Shown piece by piece: positions 31,402-40,925 of a DNA stretch of 64,000 bases. Position numbers and translations under genes: made by a program. The stretch comes from Elusimicrobiota bacterium. Its GTDB lineage: Bacteria > Elusimicrobiota > Elusimicrobia > Elusimicrobiales > UBA9959. The notes beneath the pieces were generated by a model, which had not been told where the DNA came from, did not search any database, and saw only the letters and a list, made by a program, of their open reading frames with translations. Each line of letters starts with the position of its first letter. Within the stretch, counting starts at the first letter, position 1. The stretch covers positions 1-64,000 of the forward strand of contig JAINCQ010000034.1 in the NCBI GenBank assembly GCA_036574205.1, read 5' to 3'.

Positions 31402-31871
31402 ATTATTCCTTCGCCTTTTCCTATATCTCCAAGTCCTTCCATAGTTTTGGCTTTTATATTTACATCAGTTTGGCTGATTTTAAATATTTTTGATATTGAT
31501 TTTTTCATTTGCTCATAATATGGTTTTAGTTTTGGTTCTTCAGCTACTATTGTAACATCAATTTGATTTATTTCTGCATTTTTAGATTCAAGAATATTAA
31601 GTATTTTCTCAGCTATTGCAACGCTTGATATCCCCATTATTGTAAGATCTGTGGGAGGGAAATATATTCCTATCTCACCTTCTCCTATAGCGCCAAGCAG
31701 GCTATCGCATATAGAGTGAATAACCACATCGCCGTCAGAATGTCCAAGCATTCCCTTTTTATTCTTGATTTCAATGCCAGCTATTATCAATTTTCTTCCT
31801 TCTACAAGTCTGTGGACATCAAATCCAAATCCTACTCTTATCTCAGGTGTTTTGTTTCCGTTGTTATTCAT
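31365..31871 (-). CDS. ispF: 2-C-methyl-D-erythritol 2,4-cyclodiphosphate synthase
   Basis: 'RVGFGFDVHRL', 'GHSDGDV..H...D.LLGA', 'KAKTMEGLG'. Confidence 0.96.
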   Translation of the reverse strand: MNNNGNKTPEIRVGFGFDVHRLVEGRKLIIAGIEIKNKKGMLGHSDGDVVIHSICDSLLGAIGEGEIGIYFPPTDLTIMGISSVAIAEKILNILESKNAEINQIDVTIVAEEPKLKPYYEQMKKSISKIFKISQTDVNIKAKTMEGLGDIGKGEGIICYSVSTVKIYK

Positions 31872-31886
31872 TAATCTCCTCCGTTA

Positions 31887-32585
31887 TTACAAGTGTTTTT
31901 GCGGTTTAAATGGGATATGAAATATTATCTTTGCTATTTCAAGATCTATGGGGGTTGTAATTTTTATATTATTTTCTTCTCCCAAAGCTCCAAATACCGG
32001 TATTGAAAGTTTTTCGGCTATCTGGGAATCGTCTGTCGCGTTTTTGTTTTTTTGCGCGGCAATAATTATTTTTTTAAAAACTGAGAATTTATAACATTGA
32101 GGGGTCTGAACCGCAAAATGCGAGTTTCTGTCTATTGTTTTTATTACTTTGCCTGTTTTTATATCAATTTTTTTTACTGTGTCTTTTAAAGGAATAAATG
32201 GAATAACACAATTATGTTTTAAGGCTAATTTTGAAAACCTGTTTATCATATCAATTGAAATAAAAGGCCTTGCGCCATCGTGAACCATTACCGCATCACA
32301 GTTTTTATCCAGAAATTTTGAAGCGTTTATAAGCGATTCTATTCTTGTTTCTCCGCCTTTGACGATAACCAGATTTTTATCACCGGAAAATTTTATCTTT
32401 CTTTTAAGATTTCTTTTAGATAGCACAAGAATTATTTTCGTTACTTTTTCCGCATGAGCAAATTTGTCAATTACTATTTCTATCAGATTCCTGCCGTTTA
32501 TTTTGAAAAATATTTTATCTTTCTTTGCTCTCTTTGATTGACCGGCTGCCAGAATTATGACGTTTATATTGGGATTACCTTTCAT
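31887..32585 (-). CDS. ispD: 2-C-methyl-D-erythritol 4-phosphate cytidylyltransferase
   Basis: 'LAAGQSKR', 'GGETR..S', 'VHDGARP', 'QTPQ', 'TDD', 'NIKITTP.DL'. Confidence 0.95.
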   Translation of the reverse strand: MKGNPNINVIILAAGQSKRAKKDKIFFKINGRNLIEIVIDKFAHAEKVTKIILVLSKRNLKRKIKFSGDKNLVIVKGGETRIESLINASKFLDKNCDAVMVHDGARPFISIDMINRFSKLALKHNCVIPFIPLKDTVKKIDIKTGKVIKTIDRNSHFAVQTPQCYKFSVFKKIIIAAQKNKNATDDSQIAEKLSIPVFGALGEENNIKITTPIDLEIAKIIFHIPFKPQKHL

Positions 32586-33351
32586 TAATCTTTATTTTTG
32601 AAAAAATTATTCTTCCGTTTGGATTTTGCAAAATGGATTGAACCCTTACATCTACTTTTCTCCCTATATATTGATGGCCATCTTCTACAACAACCATAGT
32701 TCCGTCATCAAGATACCCGACCCCTTGATTTCTTTCTTTCCCTTCTTTCATAATAAAGATATTCATTTCCTCGCCAGGTAATATTATCGGTTTTAGCGCA
32801 AGGGAAAGATCATTTATATTAAGAACAGGGACATTTTCAATTGTCCCATTTTTTGTCATTGAAAATTCGGTTGTAATTATTGATGCTTTCATATCTTTTG
32901 CAAGTTTTACTATCTTTTGATCTATATTTTCTTCTTCATAATTTTGTGAAAGTATTTTAAATGGAAGGATTTCGTTTTCTCCGAGTCTTGCTATAACATC
33001 AAGTCCGCGGCGACCTTTTGCCTTTTCTATCTGGTTTTCAGAGTTTGATAATTTTTGAAGGTGCTCCATCACAAACTTTGGAACGATAAGTGTTCCGCTT
33101 AAAAACCTTGACTTTATTATGTCTATTATTCTTCCATCTATAATAGATGATTCATCAAGAATTTTTATATCTTTTTTAATAGTTTTAAATATGCATTTTT
33201 CAAAACCTAATGCCTTTGCTGATTCTGAAGCAAGAAATATCATTGTTGATGCAATAATGGAAAATATCAACCCACCTGATCCATAAGTTTTATAGGTATA
33301 TACTTCAACACCAAAAAAAATTAATCCAAACAGTACAAATAATATTTTCAT
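32575..33351 (-). CDS. PIN/TRAM domain membrane protein (YacL-like)
   Basis: 'KILDESSIIDGRI', 'KGRRGLD', 'GKERNQGVGYLDDGTMVVVEDG'; usual position upstream of ispD. Confidence 0.92.
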   Translation of the reverse strand: MKILFVLFGLIFFGVEVYTYKTYGSGGLIFSIIASTMIFLASESAKALGFEKCIFKTIKKDIKILDESSIIDGRIIDIIKSRFLSGTLIVPKFVMEHLQKLSNSENQIEKAKGRRGLDVIARLGENEILPFKILSQNYEEENIDQKIVKLAKDMKASIITTEFSMTKNGTIENVPVLNINDLSLALKPIILPGEEMNIFIMKEGKERNQGVGYLDDGTMVVVEDGHQYIGRKVDVRVQSILQNPNGRIIFSKIKINER

Positions 33352-33561
33352 AAAATGCCTCTTAATGATATTTTACAAAATTTGATAGAACTCAGTTAAT
33401 CTTAAGGATCAAATATTTAATTATTTTCTTCTAACTTGCTATTTTCTTTTTTAAAAAATCCACAATTTTAATATGGGGCTTGACTTTATCAAAAAAACCT
33501 GTTAAAAATATAATTGGGTTGCCCCAAAGAATACAGTGTTATTTGGCGGGGATGGAGTACT

Positions 33562-34770
33562 ATGAGAGATAGAAGGAAAAAAGTTTTTTTTATGTCATTG
33601 CTTGCTTTCCTTGTAACTGCAAGCGGGGTTTATGTCTTTTTTATATTTGACGCTGTAAACGATTTAAAGTCAAGACCATATTTTGCCACACAATATTCTG
33701 GAGCTAAAAGGGTCATAATACCCGTTCTTAAGTATTTGGGAGTTGTAGACACCGAGGCTGTTTCAGATCCTAAAAAAATTTCAGAGGAAGATATAGAAAA
33801 AGCCTCTGAGATGATTAGAAATAATTCAGTTTCAACTCAGGATATGAACGAATTTCAAAATGTTAAAAACGATTCTTCTTCATCTGGCGTGTATTCATAT
33901 TCTGCTTATGGAAAGGGATCTAAAGCCAGTTCAAAATTGTCATCTCAGCTTTCGGGAGATTCTACGCTAGGTTCAAGCGCTTCGAATACAAGCGCTTTAA
34001 AAGTTGGCGAGGGGTTTAGTTCAAAAACAGGGGCTAATAATATTGAGATACAAAAAAATACAAACTTTCAGAAAAACAAAACAGATGTAGCTAATAATCT
34101 TGTCTCCAGACTTAATGCCACAAAAACATTAATGGCAAGCGCATTAAATGCTAAATCTGCGGATGCCTCAAGAATGGATTGGGAAAAAGGTTTTTCTGGA
34201 TCTATTAAGCCCGAAAATAAAATGCTTTATAAAAATAACTCTATTGAATTGGATAAGATGAAGGCTGGAGTAATGGATTTAAAAATGGCTGATGAAAAAG
34301 GACTTAAGGCTCCAGATGTTGGAAAGCCTCAAATAGATAGCGAATCAGTATCAGCTGATAAAACAAAGGAATTAATGAAGTCGCTTACAGAAAATATAGC
34401 GCAGTCAATGATAAGCTCGTTGGGAAGTGGCCTTGGCGCAGGGATGGGAGGAGGTGGAGGAAGCGGGGAGATGGATGGTGTTGGGGGAGATATTAGAGGA
34501 GGGGATATTCCTTCTCAAATCAAAAATGAGGTTGATAAGTGGAAGTTTAATCCTCAGGAAAATGTTCAGACAACCTTTTTCCCTTGTGGAATGATTGATT
34601 GTGATAAAATGGGTGTTTCAGGCGGTGGACTGTATAAAGCATATTTTCCAGATGGATTTGTGCTTTCTTTAAGTCCCAGTGGCCAACCACTTAATTATTA
34701 TTATTGTGTTTCTCCAAATAATGAAGCAGCTTTTTTGCAAAATTATCAAACATATGTCCTCGGTAATTAA
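33562..34770 (+). CDS. Array protein A: N-anchored Ser/Gly-rich hypothetical membrane protein
   Basis: ATG 33562 after GGAG; basic N-terminus plus one TM; shares array motifs. Confidence 0.8.
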   Translation: MRDRRKKVFFMSLLAFLVTASGVYVFFIFDAVNDLKSRPYFATQYSGAKRVIIPVLKYLGVVDTEAVSDPKKISEEDIEKASEMIRNNSVSTQDMNEFQNVKNDSSSSGVYSYSAYGKGSKASSKLSSQLSGDSTLGSSASNTSALKVGEGFSSKTGANNIEIQKNTNFQKNKTDVANNLVSRLNATKTLMASALNAKSADASRMDWEKGFSGSIKPENKMLYKNNSIELDKMKAGVMDLKMADEKGLKAPDVGKPQIDSESVSADKTKELMKSLTENIAQSMISSLGSGLGAGMGGGGGSGEMDGVGGDIRGGDIPSQIKNEVDKWKFNPQENVQTTFFPCGMIDCDKMGVSGGGLYKAYFPDGFVLSLSPSGQPLNYYYCVSPNNEAAFLQNYQTYVLGN

Positions 34771-34851
34771 TTCAGAGCTAAAATATTTTTTTGTTTCTGA
34801 TTTAATCTTGTTTTGATCCAAAAAGTTTTCATGAATTTCTATAAGGGGGGG

Positions 34852-34880
34852 TTGACAAGTCAAATATTTTCTGCTATAAC
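34852..34880 (+). promoter_or_regulatory. Sigma70-type promoter for array genes B-E
   Basis: TTGACA (34852-57), 17-bp spacer, extended -10 TGcTATAAC (hexamer 34875-80). Confidence 0.7.
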
Positions 34881-34944
34881 ATAAATAACTTCTACCCAAA
34901 CTATGTGTTTTGGGTGAAGGAGTTGGATATTTTTAGGCGGAAAG

Positions 34945-35904
34945 ATGAATATTATAAGCGTACAAAACAAAAAAAAGAAAACACAATATATAATAGCGTC
35001 TATAATAGCCATATCAGTTCTTTTTATTTGGGTAAGCATTCCACTTTTAAATAAATCAAGCTGGGATACAAGCGTTTCAAATCCTTATGGGATGGCAAAA
35101 AAATCAGGTGATTTATCTCTTGCTGATTCTGCCGGGGTAGACGCGCCAGGGCAGCCTTTAGATGGTTCTATGATAGATAATCCAGCCACAACTCTTGATC
35201 TTGAAGCCTCTTCGCTTTTTAAAATGCCAGACAGCGATATAAATTATGAAGAAGATTCATCCCAAAAGACTACTGCTTCTATAGATTCAAATGTTTCGGC
35301 ACCGGGGGTCTCTGCCCCTTCGGTTGGAGGGTTTAACGGAAAAGCCAAGCTCAATAAACTTCCGTCTTTATCAGGAGGAAATTCTGGATCGCTGACTCTG
35401 GGTCAAACCCATAATAAGTTTTTTGGACAGGAAACGGCAAAGGCAAATTTAGTGCCTTTAAATGACTCAACAGATATTAAATCATCAAAGAAAAATTTTG
35501 CTTTGGAAGCTTTGAAAAAGGCAGAGCAAAACAGTGTTATGGCTGCAAAAACTGAAAATGCTGATGCTGCTAAATCGGCGGCGTCAAGCGCTTTTGAGAA
35601 AACCCAGAAGTTTGATGAATTGTTTTTGAATAGCAAAGATGAAAAAGAATATCATTCAAGCGGGCTTGAATTTGCAGAGGCTGAAAGCGATTTGAAAAAA
35701 AACGATCCAAGCGTAAGCAAGAAGAAAATATCGCTTCCTCAACCTTCAAAAGACGAGGATGAGAGCAAAAAGATGGAAGAACAGATGAAACAGATGCTTT
35801 TGCAAATGATAATTCAGGCAACACTGGGACAGGTCTTTGGGGCTATGGGACAGATGATGGCTATGCAGATCTGTCCTGAATGTTATAAAAAGAAAACTAA
35901 TTAG
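34945..35904 (+). CDS. Array protein B: N-anchored hypothetical membrane protein
   Basis: KKKK then TM; C-terminal Met/Gln-rich hydrophobic helix and CPEC. Confidence 0.82.
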   Translation: MNIISVQNKKKKTQYIIASIIAISVLFIWVSIPLLNKSSWDTSVSNPYGMAKKSGDLSLADSAGVDAPGQPLDGSMIDNPATTLDLEASSLFKMPDSDINYEEDSSQKTTASIDSNVSAPGVSAPSVGGFNGKAKLNKLPSLSGGNSGSLTLGQTHNKFFGQETAKANLVPLNDSTDIKSSKKNFALEALKKAEQNSVMAAKTENADAAKSAASSAFEKTQKFDELFLNSKDEKEYHSSGLEFAEAESDLKKNDPSVSKKKISLPQPSKDEDESKKMEEQMKQMLLQMIIQATLGQVFGAMGQMMAMQICPECYKKKTN

Positions 35905-35919
35905 TTTTTAGGAGGGTAT

Positions 35920-37491
35920 ATGAACGCATATGAACCCCACAGAAAAGATGAGAAAAAAGGCTTTTTGCCATTTTTCTCAAAGGTATTTCAGTCATCTTCG
36001 AAAACCGTTGGTGGCCTTGGCAGCGCCGCATCAAAAGCTGCCATTGGTGGAGCAAAAGGTGGTTTTTTTGCTTCACTTTTTGCAACAAAGGCCGGAATTG
36101 TTGGACTTATGTTAGGAGCAGCTACTATAGCTGCTGGAATTGGAGTTATATATAATTACATAAGTCCATCCTCAGGTAAAATTTACACTCCTAACCTTTT
36201 TTCAAATGCTTATTATGAGGAAGCACAGAGGCAGGCTAACGCAGAAAGAGCAAACTATGCTGCCAATCCTTCTCAAGGTGTTTCCTCGCTTGATGTTTTT
36301 AGAGAGGGGGCTCAAAAAGAATTTGCTGATCAAGAAAAAACTGATCAAACAAAAGAGTCTTCTGAAAATGCTTCTGCTACCGCTCCGGAGGTAAATGCTG
36401 GCGATGTTTCTGCCTCTGGTGAGGTCGGACATGCTGGTTGGAAACTTCAAGCAAATCTGGGTTTTGATTCTAAATCTGCTGGTGGATCTGGAACATCTGG
36501 CGCAAAACTTCAAACATCCGGCGGATTATGGGGCGGGATTGGAAAGCAATTTTCTCCTATTTCAAGAAATGTCAACACAGCAAATTCTGGTGCTTCATCC
36601 AAGATGAATAAAGGGTTGACTGCAAGGGTTATAGCTTCTCCAAAGTATACAGTTCCAAATATAAACAAGAAAGGGGCTTTTGGTCAGGCTAAATATGCCG
36701 CTAATGTTGGCAAACAATCGGCTTACAACGTATCAGATGCCGGAGCAAGAACAACTGCAGAACAGGCTTTTAGTGGAGAAACCGCTGGCTCTGGAGATAT
36801 AGCTACACCTATAGGGGGAAGCGGTATTGGGGGGGCAGGTTTATCTCAAGGGAATAAATTAAAAGCAAATGATCCAGCATTAAGTATGAATGAATATACT
36901 CCACCTACTCCCAATAAATCTGATGATACTCCCTGGAAGAAACTTACAGATTACGCTTTATACGGGATGCTTGCTTCAGCAGCATTTATATTTATAGCGT
37001 CTTTATTGGCAAATAAAGCAAAAGCATTATTAGCAAGCCCGGTGACTGCTCCCGGAGCTATTTCATTATTTAACGCTGCTAAAGTATTTTGTTATCTTGC
37101 TATGGCCGCTGCTGCTGTTGTTATAGGAATAGGAGTTATGCTTGCGACAAAATACGGGCAGAAATGGATGGGTATTATGTATGGGCTGGTTGGTGGCACT
37201 CTTATTTTTCAGGCATATAAAGCCCTTAGCGGTATAAACGAGGGGCTTGATAAAGCGCAACAAGCTGGACAGTTTTATGATAATGCGTTTTCTAAGATGA
37301 GCGAATCTCAGCAGGCTGCATTTAAGGCTTTGCCAGCAGATCAACAATGGCAACAGGTTTCAGCTTATAACGCAAATCCTAATGATTATATGTCGACCCT
37401 TAATTTGCAATCTGCTACTCCTTCAACTCCATCTAACAATATGATAGGAGATTTTCCTGATCCAGGTGACAGTCCTACTAAATTTGCATAA
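35920..37491 (+). CDS. Array protein C: Gly-rich protein with N-terminal TM and three C-terminal hydrophobic helices
   Basis: GGAGG RBS; long ORF; clear paralog of the next gene. Confidence 0.85.
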   Translation: MNAYEPHRKDEKKGFLPFFSKVFQSSSKTVGGLGSAASKAAIGGAKGGFFASLFATKAGIVGLMLGAATIAAGIGVIYNYISPSSGKIYTPNLFSNAYYEEAQRQANAERANYAANPSQGVSSLDVFREGAQKEFADQEKTDQTKESSENASATAPEVNAGDVSASGEVGHAGWKLQANLGFDSKSAGGSGTSGAKLQTSGGLWGGIGKQFSPISRNVNTANSGASSKMNKGLTARVIASPKYTVPNINKKGAFGQAKYAANVGKQSAYNVSDAGARTTAEQAFSGETAGSGDIATPIGGSGIGGAGLSQGNKLKANDPALSMNEYTPPTPNKSDDTPWKKLTDYALYGMLASAAFIFIASLLANKAKALLASPVTAPGAISLFNAAKVFCYLAMAAAAVVIGIGVMLATKYGQKWMGIMYGLVGGTLIFQAYKALSGINEGLDKAQQAGQFYDNAFSKMSESQQAAFKALPADQQWQQVSAYNANPNDYMSTLNLQSATPSTPSNNMIGDFPDPGDSPTKFA

Positions 37492-37529
37492 AGAGATTGT
37501 AGGGGTTATTAAGTGAATTAGGAGGGTTT

Positions 37530-39062
37530 ATGAAAGAAGAAAACCTCAAAAGAAAAGAGGATAAAAAGAAAGGATTTTTGGCCTGGCTTAGAGAAAAGTT
37601 AGGTTTTAGCCCTAGAGGAGGGATGGGGAATCTTTCTCAAGGGCCAAGAGACATAAACCTTGCTGGTTTAAGAGGAGCTGGCTCAGCGGCAAGATTTGGA
37701 GCAGGAGTTGGAAGATTTGGAGCTGGAGGTGCTTTTTCGTTCCTTGGAGGTAAGGCTGGAATAATTACAGCGGCACTTATCGCTCTTGCTGTTGGGACAA
37801 CATTATATTACAAAAATAATTCTATGGGTGACGCGAATATGTCCGCTTCTATGGGTGATTCCTCTAAGATAGCATCTTATGTCCCTAAGATTTTAAGGGA
37901 ACAGTCAAATGCTTCTACTTTAGGAATGTTTGACAAAAGTGGTATAAAAGATGAAGATGATATTGCTAATAAAGAAGAAGTAAAAGATGAGTCTACTAAA
38001 GCCGATGAAAGTGAACAAGTGAAGGAGAATCTTAATCCTGATCTTGGATTTGATAACAAACCAAATCTTCAATTTGGTGACAAACCAAGGCTCCAAACAG
38101 ATATGCAGTTTGGTCTTTCAAGTAGCATTGGAGGAGATGGAAATAATAAATTTAGCGCTTTGGGGGGGTTTGGGAATCATATGGGAAAATTTGGACCATC
38201 GGTTAAAGGTGATTTTTCAAAAAATGATCTTCTTAAGAATCTTAAAAAAAGCGCAAATTCTGGCAAATTGAGCGCTATGAAAAGCCAGAAACGACCGATA
38301 ATTGCTCAGGGAACTAAATTCCAATCTGCTAAGGGAGGAAAAAGAGCTTTTGATCAGGCAAAGGCTATAAAAAGTATGCAAATGCAACCCAATTATGGTA
38401 AAGCTGATACTGCAAGAGCTACGATGGATAAAGCATGGGAAGGAGGAACTGGAAGTGGGGATGTTGGGGCACCTAGTGGAGGAACTGGAATATCTGATGG
38501 AGGAAGCGGACTTGTTCAAACCCCTTCTACTCTTGATAATATAGGAGATACTACTGCTGGTGGGGTCCCCGATAACAATGTCCCGTCGACTCCTAATTAT
38601 AAATTTGATACTCCATGGGCTTCGCTTATTCAAAAAGCTATGATGATGCTTATGATTTCGGCTTTGCTTGCCGGAATAGCTTCTATGGTAGCAAAGATAA
38701 AACCATGGGGAATGATTGTTGCTGTTGGTCTTGCGTTAGCGGCTGCCGCTTTGGCTGTAATGGTTATAATGATAGGGATGAAATTGATGAAAGAATTTGG
38801 ACAGCAGAAGCTTGGCATGTTATATGTTATCGGTGGTGGACTTGCTATTGCGGCGGCTGTTGCTTCAATTGCAGGAGTATGGGTTTCATGGGCAGCATTA
38901 TTAGCTAAAATTTTAGCAGCGGGCGCTGGAATAATTGGAATGCTTGCTTCAATGGCTGCCGGGCCTGCCGCCCAGGATTATGCTAATAAACAGATGGAGG
39001 AACAACAGTCACAAACCTCAAAGACAAATACTTCATCTTCATATCAAAGATTTATAGGTTAG
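37530..39062 (+). CDS. Array protein D: paralog of C with a C-terminal Gly/Ala-rich multi-TM bundle
   Basis: GGAGG RBS; shares 'KKGFL', 'KAGI', 'AF.QAK', 'GSGD', 'DTPW..L' with C. Confidence 0.85.
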   Translation: MKEENLKRKEDKKKGFLAWLREKLGFSPRGGMGNLSQGPRDINLAGLRGAGSAARFGAGVGRFGAGGAFSFLGGKAGIITAALIALAVGTTLYYKNNSMGDANMSASMGDSSKIASYVPKILREQSNASTLGMFDKSGIKDEDDIANKEEVKDESTKADESEQVKENLNPDLGFDNKPNLQFGDKPRLQTDMQFGLSSSIGGDGNNKFSALGGFGNHMGKFGPSVKGDFSKNDLLKNLKKSANSGKLSAMKSQKRPIIAQGTKFQSAKGGKRAFDQAKAIKSMQMQPNYGKADTARATMDKAWEGGTGSGDVGAPSGGTGISDGGSGLVQTPSTLDNIGDTTAGGVPDNNVPSTPNYKFDTPWASLIQKAMMMLMISALLAGIASMVAKIKPWGMIVAVGLALAAAALAVMVIMIGMKLMKEFGQQKLGMLYVIGGGLAIAAAVASIAGVWVSWAALLAKILAAGAGIIGMLASMAAGPAAQDYANKQMEEQQSQTSKTNTSSSYQRFIG

Positions 39063-39092
39063 AAAGAAATGATATGAGGATGAGGAGGTTTT

Positions 39093-40727
39093 ATGGCTAA
39101 TAAATTTATTGAAAAGCATAAAAGAAAGTCTGTTCTTGGCTTGCTTCTGTTGTTATGGAGGGGAAGGGCTAAGTATATAGTTTTGCTTGTTATGGTTATA
39201 CTCTTTTCTATCCCTTTTGTTGCTACTTCGGATATGCTTGAAAGGTTTGTGGGGCTTGCCCCTATTAGATATCTTGTTAAACTAATGGGATTAGAAAGCG
39301 TTATGGCTTCTATCAATCCAAAATACTCCAGTGATATATTAAAAGCCGCTTTTGACAGGTTGAAACAGGAATATGATGCCAGTAATTTGTGGAACAAGGT
39401 AACTGGAGGATATGAGGAAAGAAGCGGTAGAGGAACATTGGATATGGTTCGTGTTGGAGATGGGTTTTACGATGGGATAAAGAGGGGAAAAGGGAGTAAA
39501 GTTGATGGTAACGATATTGATGGAGTTGTAGATAAATATGATGTTGAAAAAGGTTATGGCGCTGATGGAATTGACTTTAATCACTTATTAACAGATCTTC
39601 CAGCTGACTTCCAGACAAAGGCAAGCGCTGATGGAATTGACTTCAATCACTTATCAGGAAGACTTCAAAGTAGTCTGTTAGGGATAAGCGGATTTACAGG
39701 AGGTGGTGGTGCTTCTAATCAGGGATCTAACTATGGTCCTTATATAGCTAAAAATACTTTTGGCGGAAAAGGTTCTTTAGGTTATGCCGGGAAAGGAAAT
39801 ATGTCTGTGTCATCCCTTGATTCTATAAAAAGTAATATCCCAAATGTTAAGGATCCGACAAGCGGGAAAGGTAAGATAAAAATAAAAAAAATGGGAAATC
39901 TTACTGCATTTGGATGGAAAAATGTTGGTTATGCAAAAAAAGGCGCTAATGTGGATGTGAAAGTTTCTGGTTCAAAGAGAGCTTTATTTCAAATGGGAGA
40001 AGCGCTTGCAACCACTTCAATGGCTTATAAACAAAATCCTGCTTATGAATATCAGGCTGCCTATACTGGAGCAACATATGATGGAACCACTCTTAATGCA
40101 GATATAGTAAACACTGCTGGAGATACAAATACTAATCTCCCTGACACAGGTTATGTTTCCGATGTTATAGAATCTGCCCAACACTGGGAGGAGATTGCAA
40201 AAAAATGTCAGGATGCTCAAGCAACTCATGGAACAAGAATTTCTCAGCTTCAAGATGAGATGGACGCAATATCTAAAACTATGACTAATCCTCCAAAATG
40301 TTGCAAGAATGTTAAACCGTGGAATTCAAAGGTAAGCCAGCTTGTTGCTAAATGTAACGAATTGAACAATGAATCTACATTGCTTGCTCAAAAATGTGGA
40401 AGTTCAAATCCACAAACTATAAACTGTCAGCAGACTTATGGAAAGATGTATATAAAACCATGCAGCAAACGGAAATGCTGGCTTGGTATTATACTTGCTA
40501 TAGTTGGATTATTGGTTGGTTTCCTTGTCGGTGGAATATTAGGAGCGGTAATAGGCGCTGCTATAGGTTTTGCTCTTGGAAGTGTGGCTTCTATTTATTT
40601 TCAAATGGCGGCTATGGGCGCGGCTTTCGCGGGTGCTGGGGCGTATTTTGCTGATAAAAAATCAGAAACTGCTATAAAAGTGGTAGAGGATGTAAACGAG
40701 GATGTGAGAAATAGTAAAAATGATTAG
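39093..40727 (+). CDS. Array protein E: N-terminal TM, Cys-rich helical domain and C-terminal glycine-zipper TMs
   Basis: GAGGAGG RBS; 8 Cys in the C-terminal helical part; 'GLLVGFLVGGILGAVIGAAIGFALG'. Confidence 0.85.
   Translation: MANKFIEKHKRKSVLGLLLLLWRGRAKYIVLLVMVILFSIPFVATSDMLERFVGLAPIRYLVKLMGLESVMASINPKYSSDILKAAFDRLKQEYDASNLWNKVTGGYEERSGRGTLDMVRVGDGFYDGIKRGKGSKVDGNDIDGVVDKYDVEKGYGADGIDFNHLLTDLPADFQTKASADGIDFNHLSGRLQSSLLGISGFTGGGGASNQGSNYGPYIAKNTFGGKGSLGYAGKGNMSVSSLDSIKSNIPNVKDPTSGKGKIKIKKMGNLTAFGWKNVGYAKKGANVDVKVSGSKRALFQMGEALATTSMAYKQNPAYEYQAAYTGATYDGTTLNADIVNTAGDTNTNLPDTGYVSDVIESAQHWEEIAKKCQDAQATHGTRISQLQDEMDAISKTMTNPPKCCKNVKPWNSKVSQLVAKCNELNNESTLLAQKCGSSNPQTINCQQTYGKMYIKPCSKRKCWLGIILAIVGLLVGFLVGGILGAVIGAAIGFALGSVASIYFQMAAMGAAFAGAGAYFADKKSETAIKVVEDVNEDVRNSKND
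39559..39654 (+). repeat. Intragenic 30-nt direct repeat with 66-nt period (ADGIDFNHL twice)
   Basis: GCGCTGATGGAATTGACTT(T/C)AATCACTTAT at 39559 and 39625. Confidence 0.9.
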
Positions 40728-40770
40728 GATTAATAAAAAGTTAGGACTGATGAGTGAAGTTGTTTTAAAA

Positions 40771-40811
40771 AAAAGCCCAGGTATCTTTTAAAAAATGATG
40801 CCTGGGTTTTT
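40771..40811 (+). terminator. Intrinsic terminator after array gene E
   Basis: GCCCAGGTATC/GATGCCTGGGT stem (with G-U pairs) flanked by A and T runs. Confidence 0.8.
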
Positions 40812-40925
40812 ATGTTCTCTTAAGGGGATTTATAGGGGTGCTAATAGTCCTATAAAAGAAAAGGAAAAAAGGCTCTTTTGTTTTTGCTAATTTTATAGTA
40901 GATTATAATTAATAGTGGAGGAGTT

